Shown in pieces: positions 14,501 through 27,400 of a DNA stretch of 64,000 nt. Under the pieces are notes generated by a model. The model was not told the origin of the DNA. It made no database searches and saw only the letters and a list, made by a program, of their open reading frames with translations. Position numbers and translations under genes: made by a program. Position 1 is the stretch's first letter. The number at the start of each line of letters is the position of its first letter. The stretch is from Adineta vaga (Eukaryota; Animalia; Rotifera): the NCBI GenBank assembly GCA_021613535.1, contig CP075496.1:11160001-11224000 (forward strand), read 5' to 3'.

Positions 14501-16343
14501 TTGTACAAGACGATGATGTCGAATGTGTTATGATTGAAAAAAGAGTATTAATGTTACATGATAAACCCAAATTTCTCGTACAACTTCATTCATGTTTTCA
14601 AACAGTTGTAAGTAGGAAAAAGAATCATTTGTTTTTTTTCTTTCTTTCTTCTCTGTTGAAATTGAAAACATACTCTCACAACTCGATCTTTTTTCTATGT
14701 TTAGGATCGCTTATATTTTGTTATGGAATTTGTTAATGGAGGTGATCTAATGTATCGTATTCAACATGAAGGAAAATTCAAGGAACCAGTAGCATGGTAA
14801 GAAGATAATTTCTCTTGAGGCATGAAGAAAACAATACATTCATTCAAACGTTAAAAATTGTACTTTTCATTGATCATTAAAACTTCCTATACTTAACTTA
14901 TACAGATAACAAATAGTTATACTAATGTCCATAGAGATAATTCATCTCTCTAGATATATTTCATGATCTATTGTTCGGAACGTTGTTTTCAATGAACACC
15001 AGAAAAGGTTTCTTTAATTATTAAAAAAAAACTTAGAAAACAGAGTAACCTATCTGAAAAGTGGTCTAACTCAATCGAATTCACTTTTTATACGTGATGA
15101 ATACAAGAGTGATGTGTATAAGAGAACACTTGTGTCTATGATACATCCAAAATAAATTATGAATTCAATTGATTAGATATTTGATGATTATCTATTTAGT
15201 TTCTATGCAGCTGAAATTGCAGTTGGTTTATTTTATTTACACAAAAAAGGAATAATTTACCGGTAAAAATATGAAAACAAAATCAAAGGTGAATCTAATA
15301 CGATTTTGTTTTTCTCTTTCAGAGATCTCAAACTGGATAATATTCTGTTAGATAACGACGGGCATATTAAAATAGCCGAGTATGAAAAGCAACTATTAAT
15401 AGATTGAAAAATATGGATTTATATTTTGTTTACTACTAGTTTTGGAATGTGTAAAGAAGGAATTATCAATGATAGAAAAACATCAACATTCTGTGGAACA
15501 CCAGGTACATATTATTCTAAAATAGATTATATTTCTCTATGTAAATATATTCATCTTTTACCTTAGATTACATTGCTCCAGAGGTTTGTATTGGAATAAT
15601 ATCATTGCTATGATTATCTGATTTATATTTTATTTAGATCATTTTATATCAAAAATATGGTAAAAGTGTCGATTGGTGGGCGTACGGTGTACTACTATTT
15701 GAAATGCTTGCTGGTCAACCACCATTTGATGGCGAAGATGAAGAAGAACTTTTTGCTGCAATTACAGATCATAATGTTTCATATCCTAAATCGATGTCAT
15801 TTGAAGCTGTATCTATTTGTAAAGGAGTAAGTTAATTCATAATGGAAATTTACCGATGATAAATGATCTCGATTGATAAGTCAAGATGAAAAATAGATGA
15901 ATGATTAGTGATAGAAAAAGAATCTTGATTTGTTTTTGTATAGTTAATGACTAAAAATCCACAAAAACGACTTGGTTGTCATTCAACAGATGGTGAACGT
16001 GAGATAAAAGATCATTCCTTTTTTCGACGCATCGATTGGTTACGAATCGAAGCTCGTGAATTACAACCTCCATTTAAACCTAAAATTGTATGTATCACTT
16101 GATTTTTTCTTTTTACGCATGTCAAAAAATTCATGTTAGTTCTGTAGAATTTAGTTGTTTTGTGTTATTGTCTCGTTTTAGAAAAATCCTCGTCTAGCAG
16201 AAAATTTCGATAAATGTTTCACAAACAATCCATTGAAAATGACAGCATGTGATCCACTTGTTCTTGCTACAATCAATGAAGATACATTTCATAATTTCTC
16301 TTGTTATAATCCTCGTTTCATCATCGATGACAAACTTTCATAA
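11567..16343 (+). CDS. PRKCA: Conventional protein kinase C (PKC alpha/beta type: pseudosubstrate, C1A, C1B, C2, kinase, V5 tail A)
   Basis: [11 protein letters not shown] pseudosubstrate, [18 protein letters not shown]2 with [52 protein letters not shown]. First exon 11567-11654 splices in frame to 12609. Terminal exon 16182-16343. Confidence 0.93.
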
Positions 16344-16901
16344 ATGAAAAACACATCAGATGTTTTCTTTCAACAAAATCAAAACTATCAATACACTTCA
16401 GTGAACCGATGTCTTGTGTATTTTTCTTTCTCCCTCTCTCTTTGCTAGTCGTGTATGTATCTGTGCGCATTTTTCGTTTTTTTCTACCAAATCTTAACCG
16501 GTTGAATGTATAATCTTTAGTCTTTGTAATGAATGACAATAGTCGATGAATATTTCTTTTTCAAAAGGGCGAAAATATTTGCATGTCAATATAATTTTTT
16601 TTTCTTCTTCTTCTTTTGTTTATAGTAAAATTCCTCATTATTCATTTATCTTTCCGTTGATAGATGTTTATGTGGCTTGTGTCTGTTTGTCTTCTAATAT
16701 TTTGGTTGATTTGCTAATGTTGACGATATGTATTCAAAACTAATCTGTGACATACATTTTATTTTATCAAAAAATCTTTCAGATTGATAAAAGAAAAGGA
16801 AAACAGATAAGTGGACAAATTTATATTCAACCAATTTTCGAGTTTTGATGTTATGAAAATGAGAGAATTCCGAATGTTTATAATATCACTTTTCATTCTA
16901 G

Positions 16902-17063
16902 GGATATAATCAAGATACATCAAATTTTGATGAACAATTTACTGGTGAAATTTTTAAATTTACACCTTGCGATAAACAAACTTTAATGACTATTGATCAA
17001 AGTCTATTTGACTCATTTATCCATGCGAATGAATCATCATCTTATGAGATTACAGATTTATAG
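16902..17063 (+). CDS. Alternative terminal (V5) exon B of the PKC gene
   Basis: After a TAG acceptor, phase 0: GYNQDTSNFDEQFTGEIFKFTPCDKQTLMTIDQSLFDSFIHANESSSYEITDL*. It has the AGC-tail NFD, a turn-motif TP and FxxF, paralleling exon A. Confidence 0.8.
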   Translation, partial: GYNQDTSNFDEQFTGEIFKFTPCDKQTLMTIDQSLFDSFIHANESSSYEITDL

Positions 17064-17307
17064 AAAAGAATTTCAGAAAATGATGGAAATTTGATTAAGT
17101 ATCAGTAGATAGTTATTTAGAAATCATATTATTGTTTGTCGAACCCTTTCTTGAACTTTATTGGTCTTTTTTGTTTTCTATGTTTTATGTTTATACATAG
17201 AACAGAATCCTCCTAGTTCATTATAATTACAACTAATTATGATTAAAAGAGAAAAAAATTGTTTATATATTTTTTTGTGAGTTTATTATCATCGGTTCTT
17301 GATTGTT

Positions 17308-17853
17308 TTACCAAATGTATGTTTGTGGAATCAATGGTACGACTGCTTGAATAAATGATGAAGCAGGTACATATCCATTTACACCACCACCAAGTTGTGA
17401 CCAAGCTTGAGTGAAGTAAGTGTTTTGAACCGGGATATTATAAAACTGTTGCATATTATTGAATAATAGTTGAGCTTCTTGAGCTGAGAGATAACCTGGT
17501 TGAGTAAGTGGATAGTAATTAACAGCATAAGACCATCGTTGAACTGGTGTAACACCACGTTGTAACATGAGATAAGCCATAAGAAATTCTTCGAATGAAA
17601 GAACACCGTTACCATCCGTATCAAACATAAGAAAGACACGTTCAGCATCAGAATTAAATGTCCATGATATCCCGACAATGCTTGCATAGATATTTTTAAA
17701 TTCATTGATGGTCATTCGGCCACCAGTTGAAGCTGCTTGTTGATTGAAAGCAACATAAAGTTGTTGAATTTGTGCTGGTGAAAGGCCGGTCAATTGGGAA
17801 TAGGCATTGATATCCCATGTATTCCATGCAGCAACAGGTTGACGATTACCCAT
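17308..17853 (-). CDS. Intronless NCS/recoverin-like EF-hand protein, tandem copy 1 (181 aa)
   Basis: MGN start, AERVFLMFDTDGNGVLSFEEFL canonical EF-hand, NCS-like length and layout. Confidence 0.85.
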   Translation of the reverse strand: MGNRQPVAAWNTWDINAYSQLTGLSPAQIQQLYVAFNQQAASTGGRMTINEFKNIYASIVGISWTFNSDAERVFLMFDTDGNGVLSFEEFLMAYLMLQRGVTPVQRWSYAVNYYPLTQPGYLSAQEAQLLFNNMQQFYNIPVQNTYFTQAWSQLGGGVNGYVPASSFIQAVVPLIPQTYIW

Positions 17854-18515
17854 AGTTGAAAATAAAGTTGAATTGATTGAAGTTTGAAGAAGAAGAATGT
17901 ATTGAATATAATATTTCAATGTGTTAATATCAGTTTTATTTATACTACTCTGCTGTTACGCTTGAATGATATTGTTTACGTACAAAATTTTATGTGTTTT
18001 TTTTTCTGATGACGTATTTACGTGTACTCAAAAATATAGGTATCGAATTGAATAGAATATGATAGAATATCTTCGAGTTTTATTTTTAGCAGCTATTTCG
18101 TTTTTCTGGAACAATCTTTCTCTTCTTTTTATTCAATATAATTTGATTCATTCTATTCTGAAGTAAAAAATTTCAAATATAAATTTACCTTGTCAATTCG
18201 AATGCATGTTTCTTCTGAAGTGATATGTGATGAGATATTAATGTACGTTTGTGAGAATACACGCAGTAAACCTGAAATATATTTAATCATTCTTCTTACA
18301 TGAATGAAAAGAACACATAGAACCTATAATATCAAGATAATCTCTATAATAAGTTTTCTTTGTAGTTTTCATGCAGTAGATATGATAGATTTGTTTAAGT
18401 TAAATGGTTTTATTTACAAATTTGAGAAGGTATCTTTTTACAGATCGCATGTCAATCAAGAAAAGTAATAAAAAACATTTTAGTTCAAGAAGTTTTTTCT
18501 CTTTATACATCCGTT

Positions 18516-19061
18516 CTACCAAATTTGTGCTTCCGGAATCAAAGGTACTAGAGTTTGAACAAATGATGAAGCTGGAACTGAACCGTTGACATTGCCACCC
18601 AACTGTGACCAAGCTGTATTGAAATAAGATTCTTGAGCTGGAAAATTGTAGAATTGTTGCATATTGTTTAATACTAACTGAGCTTCCTGAGCTGAAAGAT
18701 ACCCTGGTTGATTGAGTGAATAAGAATTAACAGCATAGGACCATCGCTGTGCTGGATTGATACTACGTTGTAATAAAAAGTAAGCCAAAAGAAATTCTTC
18801 AAATGACAAAGTACCAGTATTGTTCGTATCAAACATAAGAAAGATACGTTCAGCCTCAGTATCAAAGTTCCATGTCACTCCAACAACACTTGCATAGACA
18901 CTTTTAAATTGATTGATAGTCATTCGGCCACCTGTCACAGCTGCTTGTTGTTGAAAAGTAGTATAAAGTTGTTGAATTTGATCTGGTGAAAGACCAGTCA
19001 GTTGAGAATAGGCATTGATATCCCATGTATTGTATGCTGATACACCTTGTTGATTACCCAT
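18516..19061 (-). CDS. Intronless NCS/recoverin-like EF-hand protein, tandem copy 2 (181 aa)
   Basis: Colinear paralog of 17308-17853 with the same length. EF loop DTNNTGTLSFEE. Confidence 0.85.
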   Translation of the reverse strand: MGNQQGVSAYNTWDINAYSQLTGLSPDQIQQLYTTFQQQAAVTGGRMTINQFKSVYASVVGVTWNFDTEAERIFLMFDTNNTGTLSFEEFLLAYFLLQRSINPAQRWSYAVNSYSLNQPGYLSAQEAQLVLNNMQQFYNFPAQESYFNTAWSQLGGNVNGSVPASSFVQTLVPLIPEAQIW

Positions 19062-19378
19062 AATTTAAATAAAAATAATTTCACTTCTAATAAGATAAAA
19101 AGTGAACGATAATATGTATATAGGAAGTACAACTGTGGTTTTTTTTAGTAGTTAACTTTTGTTCTGCTTGATTGACACTATGAAAAATTATACATAAGAT
19201 AAATATTTGTCATTTATTTGGACAGGAAAATAAAACAAAAAGGTACATTTACATCTCTCTTTAGTCATGATATTTAACTAATAGCTGAAAGTTTTTCTCT
19301 CCGTCTATAAATAGATGTACAATAACAACCTCGAGTTTATTTTTTTCAAAATAAAAGACTAGTTAGAAAAGAACTGAA

Positions 19379-20716
19379 TCATTCAACTTGTTTTTCTTGT
19401 ACATTCTTCGTATTATATTCATGATCAGGTTGTAATAAAATTTTTCCAACATTTTTTCGATTATGCATACGTTGCATTGCTTCACCAATCTTTGAATATG
19501 GATAAATACTATCAACTTGTGGTTTTAATGCACCTTGTTTATATAAACGAATCAATTCAGTAACAGTACTTGATGCAAACTCTTGTGTTGCTTCTAAATC
19601 TTTTGATAAATAACCTAGATGATAGCCAGCAATGCTTTTATTTTCTGATAAGATTGCTAAGGAATTTGTTGAAAAGCATTTATACCATGTTTTAAATGCT
19701 GTCAATAATGAACGATTCTCTCCGCTAGCAGCGACATTTGATGCACCTATATAAAAATATGGATTTAGAGTAAAAACAATTTATTGATTCTGATACATAC
19801 CGAAATAAATAATTTTTCCGAATGGTTTAAGTAAATTATAACCACGAACACTATCTTCTCCGTTCATTGGATCCATAATTATATCGACACCTTACAAATG
19901 AAATTTTCCCATGAACAAATATCAAAATAAGAATCGTATTTAAATCTTACCCTTTGGTGCAATTTTACGAATTTCAGATACATAATCTTGTGTACGATAA
20001 TCAATCGGATATGTACAACCGATATCTTTAATAGTAGCATGTTTCGATGCAGAAGCTGTGCCAAAAACAGTTACATTTTCAACTGTTTTACATATCTGAA
20101 TTGCTGCAATACCAACACCGCCTTGAAAAAAATAAATATTGATGTTTGATAAATGGTAAATGCTTCATTTTATCTTCTCTTTTTACCTGCTGCCATATGT
20201 ACTAGTACGCTCTTATTTGGTCGTAAGTTACCAAATTCAAATAAAATTTGATGAGCAGTAATATAATTAACAAGAAAAGCAGCTCCTTCTTCAAATGACA
20301 TTTCGTCAGGCATTTTAAAACATTGATAGTTTGGTAAAGTAATCATATCAGACCACATACCATCACCAGCAAATGCAATAACTCGATCACCAACAGAAAA
20401 TTGAGATACATTGGAACCAATGGCTTCTATAATACCTGAAGCTTCAAAACCTGGAACATACGGATATTTAGGTGCTGGTGAATATAATCCTTGTCTATAA
20501 ATAACTTAGATACAATATAAAAATTAGAATAGAGGAAATAATACATTACCGTCTCATTAAATCAGCAAAATTAAGACCAGCAAATTTGATTTGAATAGCA
20601 ACTTCATCAGCACCTGGTGCACGATATGGATATTGTTTAATTTGAAGTTTATCATATCCACCTGCTCCAACTAATTCTATACCAGAGACTAAACGTTTTG
20701 CTTCACTAGATGCCAT
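19379..20716 (-). CDS. VAT1: Synaptic vesicle membrane protein VAT-1 homolog (MDR / quinone oxidoreductase family)
   Basis: GGYDKL, AGLNFADLMRRQGLY, SFEEGAAFLVNYITA, FGNLRPNKSVLVHMAAGGVG, MHNRKNVGKILL. Confidence 0.9.
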
Positions 20717-21058
20717 ACTTTCTGTTAATCTGAATTACTAATAAAAAAAAACGAATTCTTCATATTCAATATATATATATATATGATAATAGAAAGCAAA
20801 GTCCAACTAGTTACGAACTGCGTACGTTTACGAATGTGACTTCTTGTTCGTTTTCTTTTTTTAGATAAAAAAACATGCATCATATCTGAAGCTAGGTCAT
20901 TATAACAAAGAAAAGAACGAAAAAATGTTGATTCATTTTTCTTTATTGAAGTATTCTGTGAGTCATATAAACACAAACAGATAAATGTGTTTCTAATTGG
21001 AAAGTAAAAATTCGTCAATCAATTGCACCATTTAAAAAAAAAGAAGAGATTTTCTCAT

Positions 21059-22691
21059 TTATTTTTTACTCATATCAATATAATCAAGATCTAATTTCAG
21101 ATAAACGTAAGGATAATATTCTTGTTCAGATGAGAATACACCGGGAATATCAAAAGACTAGAAAAGAAAGATATTTCTCGAGATAAATGACAAAGAATGA
21201 AATTACTTCATCTTTGTTTGATCTATCGGAATGATCGAGATAACCAAATAATCGATCGAGAACATCACGTAAACGTTTTGTAACTTTTCGATTTGGATGT
21301 ATAATTATTGAAGCAAAATTAACTGGTAAACCATATCTAATGAAAGAAAATAGATTAAGAATTTTTCGTTGTAAAAGAATTTCCTACACCTCAAAACAGA
21401 TTCAACGAAAATACGTAAAGCTTTAATATGTATTGATGCGGAAAAAATTTCTCCGAAATTAATTTTCAACCAACGAACAAGATTTGTATAAAGTTTTTGT
21501 CGTTCAAGTTCGAGTTCTCGAGTTTTTTCACGTTCATTTGCAAGTGCTTTTTCATCAAATGTAAAATCTCGTACTGTAAATCTATTGAATAGAAAAAGAC
21601 AAAACTAAATCCTTTTGTTCTTTATGCAAAATCATTTCACATACTTATTCTCTCGACATTTATGTCGAAATGTATCTTCAGTTTTTTGAAATAATGTCAC
21701 GGTAAATAAAGCATAATCTTGATCTTGTGTTACTAGTTCTGTTGTACGTGGAACAATCATACCGCAGAGAGATTCATATTTCGCATACCAATCACTGATT
21801 AATCCCTTTGGTACACATACTAATACAGTTTTTAAATATTCACTACCTAAGACAAAATGTTCTTTTTTAATCACATCATTTAAACTTCGTGTTAATAAAC
21901 TTCCACTAAAAATAAAATTACTGTTTGAAGAAGAAAAGAAAAGCATCAACCGATCTAACATACGTTTGTTTCTTTTCTATTGCTTCTAGATTTTGTTTGA
22001 CATTATTATAAGATTGACTACGAAGTTTTAATTCATTTTCAATATGTGTTGATGCCTAAAAATAAAAAAAAAACGATGTGACTATTCATACATTCAATTA
22101 GTTCTATACTTATCCATAATGAATAACATACTTTAGAGATAATATCCGACAGATTCTTTAATGATTGTTTTGTTGGATATTTAGCATGATCCCATTGAAA
22201 TTCGCTTACATATCGTATAGGATCAACTAAATCAGAATCAAATCAAATTGATGAAAGATATTTCGAAAGAAGAACATACCACCATGTGATCCAACTGTAA
22301 GATTTTCTGCTAGACGATTACGATCATCATCGAGAACATCATGAAAGAAATATTGTGTCAATTTTTTCGTAACTCTAAAAGAATTGATTATATCAATGAA
22401 TATTGATTGTATATTTTACTCAAATATATACCCTTCAATATAATTATCAAGTTTAGCCAAATCATCTGAAAGTGCTACAAGGGAATCGAGTGTCCCAACC
22501 TTAATAAGATGAAACGAAAAGAAAGATTAAAATCAATTTATTTTCTTAATTAATTTTACTTTTAAATCCGGAATATTAAAGAAAAAATTAGTTGATAATT
22601 GATCTCTTTCGGTAGCTCGACATACTTCTTCGAAACTTTCTTTTGGTGTTGATCTTCCTGGTACAGCTATTATCCAATATTCGTCAGACAT
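21059..22691 (-). CDS. ATP6V1C1: V-type proton ATPase subunit C
   Basis: [82 protein letters not shown]. Confidence 0.95.
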
Positions 22692-24411
22692 TTTACTAAT
22701 AAATTTATATTATACAGTATGATAAAAAACGAAAAGCAAAATATGAAAATTGATTTTTAACTATTCTGTCCTGTTCGTAGTCATTAATGATTCAATTGGT
22801 TATGCATGTAGACCAATGAAAAAAAAGGAAAGAGTAAAATTAAAATTTATTTATCAAAAAGATTATGGAATTGAAAAAAAATAGAGGAAATAAACAAGAG
22901 AATAACAGAGTATCATTAGCTTGATTCATTTCTATTTAAATATATTATATTGAAGTTGATTAATATGATTTGGATTCTCTAATCACTGTGATAGAGTCGT
23001 TTTTCATGAGTACATTCTTACTCTCTCTCTTTCGTTCGTTCGTTCGCTCGTGTCTGTTTATTCGCCTTTAGTTACCTATACTTCTTAACGATATCTAAAC
23101 GTATATAAAATATTATTCTGAACGAAGACACTTGTTTTCTTTTTTTTCTTATTGCCTCTCCTATCGTTATGTCAATATTCTTCAAGAAAAAGACTATATA
23201 TATATACACAACGGTTTTGTCTGGTAGAGAAATGCTCTGGTAATCAAAACAACTTGATATAAAAAAAAATTTCATCTATATACATATATATATATAATGA
23301 AGTGAAGAAGTAATTGAAGTAGAGAAAAGAATAAAAGTGCATATATATTTTTATTCATTTTGAAAATATTCTCTTCTGTAGTATAACTATTTATTCGATC
23401 GAGCAATCATGCTCAATGTCGAATATCGTTTTTCTTTCGTTATACGATCTTGTCTTGATACAATTCAGATTCTTTTTTTTTCGTAATTTTATTGTCTGCA
23501 AATATATTCATTCGATTTCTTTTTAACTGATCATATGACATGTCGTGTTTAAATCGAACATAATGTTAATTAGATTAGATGTAGTTCGTCGATATGTTTA
23601 CAGAGAACAAAAAAATTCACATTTATGTTGATTAGTTTGTATGAAAATATTTATTATGAAGTACAAAAACACAGTAATTTTCTCTTTCTTTTTTTCTTCT
23701 CATGTAGTTATAAGACATTCAAAGAAAATATGTGTATCGATATATTAAATGGCTTCTTTTTTCGCATGATTTTGCATATCGAGAACATCGATATTTATTC
23801 ACTCAATTAAGTATAACAACAACCGTTTTTTCAATGATATCGATAAAACCTTCCATCTTTCGAGTTGTTTTTTCTTCTCCTTCAAAATGAATATCTGAAG
23901 AAATTGTATAGAAAGCCAAGGTTACGAAAGGATTTGTCGTGCAGATACCAAAGTAAAAGGTTATCTTACATCATATGGGCTAATTGGTTTGATTCGAATG
24001 TATTGGTACTGTGTTATGTGTAAACGAAGATTAACTTTTTCTTCTCTTCTTCTATCTCGTAGTCAGTGTTCAACGTAGGCGACACGACATTCTTCTACTT
24101 GATAGATTGATTTCGAGAGAATCTTTTGAATTCTTCGTTTTCTTTTACTCTTTTCTTTTCTTTTCGTCTTCGATTGAAAAAGAGATGATGTTCACGTAAT
24201 CGTTACTCCGAAACATCTTAGTAACAAGAAGTAAAACGAAAGAAGAAGAATAAAACATATGACAATGTATACATCCGCACGCTTTGTTTGTTTCTAGATC
24301 ATTATGATCAGTCAACTTCGACGAGGACATCATCACGAATTCAATGAGTAAATTATCGGATTTATTCTATTGATATATATATATATTTCATTGATTTAAT
24401 CTAGTGGATCA

Positions 24412-27400
24412 ATGTCTGCACGTACAATGAATAATCATAGAGATCATTTGAAATCACCAGGTAAAAATCGATTCTTATTCTTTGTATCTTTTCCAAAATA
24501 ATGTATCATTAATCAATACTCTGTCATAGTTACGTGTTTAGTAAGTTTTCTGCATTCACCATAATAAGTAAATCGATTTGAATTGTATTATTTTCTACGA
24601 AATAGTTGTTTTGATCGTTTGCTATTTAGTTTTGCTGTTTTGAATGTTGATACACAAAGATACACCTACATATATTTGATTAGTAATTGTTAACTGACTA
24701 CTTATAGTTTTGCATCAGATTTGACACGTAGAAGGCAAGAATAAAGCGTGACAAGTGTGTGAGTAATGAGATATCCTTTTTGCTGTTTCTCTTTTGATTT
24801 TTTCTTTTTTTCTTCGTCAGGTTTTATTATTTGTCCATGATGAATGAATAAGTTCCTTCTCCCACCATTCGTTCTTTTATTTGAACAAAGTTTGTCAAGT
24901 TTTTTTCATTTTTTCTTTTCGTTTTCTTCTACGACGTCTATAAAGTGTGATTGTATCGCCGTCATCATCATCATCGTCGTCGTCGTCGTCGTCGTCTGTC
25001 TATTATAGGAAAGCAAGTTTTACTAGTTGTAAACAGCACAATCGTATTTCCACATTTATTTAAACAAGAGAAAAAAACTCGAGTGAGAAAGAGAGAAAAA
25101 AGGGGGAAAAGACTGAAATTTTTTAAGACAGACACATGCGAATCAATAACACCTTCTTCTTTCATTAAATTCGAATAAAAGCAAAATAAAACCTGTTGCA
25201 GACTCGTTCCTTCATTCATTGATCATCGATCTGATCTATAAACTAAGACAGTAGAATATATTCCAACGATAGAACGGCAACAGAAATTGAAGATTGAATC
25301 ATATATGACTTCTAACCAAATTCGACCACCCTTTCATGATGGTTCACGTACCAATGGTTATGATTCACGTTATTACTTTCACAATCATTCCGTCGGTATG
25401 TTATTATTGTTGTTGTTGTATGTCGATGTTGTTGTTCCTTCTTTTTTGAACTGTAAAAGAAAGAAAAGAAAACGTGATTCATACGTCTAGTTTACTTTTC
25501 AAGGAGAAATGTCTATTGCTTTTGTTCAACAGAATAAATCGAGAAAAAGTAAATCTTAATTGTTGTTTGTATTTTGTTTTAATATAGATCGAGCAAATGC
25601 ATCCATCCTGAACAATAATATCTTACCGAATACATATTCAGCACGTTCAAGTTCTTCAATACTTAATCCAGATTTATCTCGCGCATTTCGTGTTGATGCT
25701 TATTTACTAGCAATTATTCGAATTGAAGATAAACGAAGTAAGTTACTAAAAGTCTTTTTTCTCTCTTCTTTGTTTGATTTATGAACGGAAGAGAAGGAAA
25801 AAAATGTCTAATGTTTTTTTTTTGGACATAGAAAAAGTCCTTCTGAATGTTTGTATGTTAAATATTTCAAGTGGACGGTTTTTCTTTATTTATCTTTAGA
25901 TAGCTACTATTCGACTGAGGTTGTCAGTAAGCTACGTCAAAAGGAACAAACTCAGAGCTTTATTAATAAACCATGCTCATTATTTGTGACTGATCGTTCA
26001 CTTATCATTTATGATCGAGGAAGAAATGTAAAAGAATTTAATTTCCTTGTATTAGAAGAAAAACAATCCTTTTGTTTTGATACTTATAGGTTATTGCGGA
26101 AAGCATTCCACTTGAAACGGTTGATCCTACATGTGTATATGCAGATGGACCAGATCCACTTAATGATATATTTATGTATCGTTTACATGAACGACAATCT
26201 ACAACAACAACATCGAATTCCAAGAATAATGAATTAACGCCTGTTATTGTATTTAAATGTTCAAATAAAGAATCCAAACTTCTCGTTGATAGCATTCGAA
26301 ATACCAGTACGAAGTTATTAAAAAGTCCAAGAAGGTATATTCAAAACTATATTTAATTGCTGTTTAAAATCTATTGTTTTCATTTTTCAGTACTCGTTCG
26401 GAAACACGCAGTACTGTAGATCGTCGAATAACTGAGGCAGGAGGAATGGCATTCTATGATCCATTACAATTACCATATGACCAATCGTCTATGATGAGTA
26501 TGTTTCAATTAGGCATAATGTTACTTTACACTAATTTATTACTTTTTCTTTTCTTTGCAAGATCCAACATATGTTGTTGGTCCTCAACATACAACTCGAA
26601 CGGCCAGTCAACAAAATTCAAGTAGTATGGTCTCAACTGATTATTATACACGTTTAATAAGTGAATTAAATAAATGTTTTGATGACATTGAATTATTTGT
26701 ACGTTATCTGGAAGCATTAATGGAATATACACGAGAATTAGATCGTGATTATCGACGAAAAGATAAAAAAGCAATTGGTTTGTTTCAAAGATTTCTTCTT
26801 TTAATTTAAATCATTTTCTTTGTTCGTTTTTCTAGCCGGTTTAAAACAAATGATTGAAAAACTCCCGGATGATAAATTTTTCATTGATGTTCTACAAAAG
26901 TTTAAACATTCTTTCAATCTATTAGGTGAATTGAAACATATCATACATGATCCGAATACACCAGAATTGGTTCATTACTTATTATCACCTTTACATTTTA
27001 TTATCTATACAATACGTACTAAACATCCAGCACAATTACAAATAGCACAAGATATATGGACACCAGCATTAACAAAAGAAACACGAGAATTATTAATTAA
27101 TTGTTTAACATCAAAAGAACAAGAAATTTTAAGAAATCTTGGTCCAGCATGGGTTCGAACAACGTAAGAGTTGAATCAATTGATGAATTATTTCTAGACG
27201 ATTTCTTTAGTGAAGAAACACCACAGAAATATGTTGATTATCGACCGGTATTTTTCGAAGGTCGACCCTTATGGATTCAAGAGCCATCCAATGATCAGCC
27301 ATTACCATCAGCACGTAGTATTGACGAACGTCAATCATCATCAGTATGGTCTTCTATTCGAGTATGTTGCATCTATAAGTTTTCTTTCTCATCAATGATA

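Noticed and set aside
16783-16848. Possible third PKC terminal exon (IDKRKGKQISGQIYIQPIFEF*) after a TTTCAG
   Set aside because: It is in phase but has no AGC-tail motifs, and a short ORF like this arises easily by chance.
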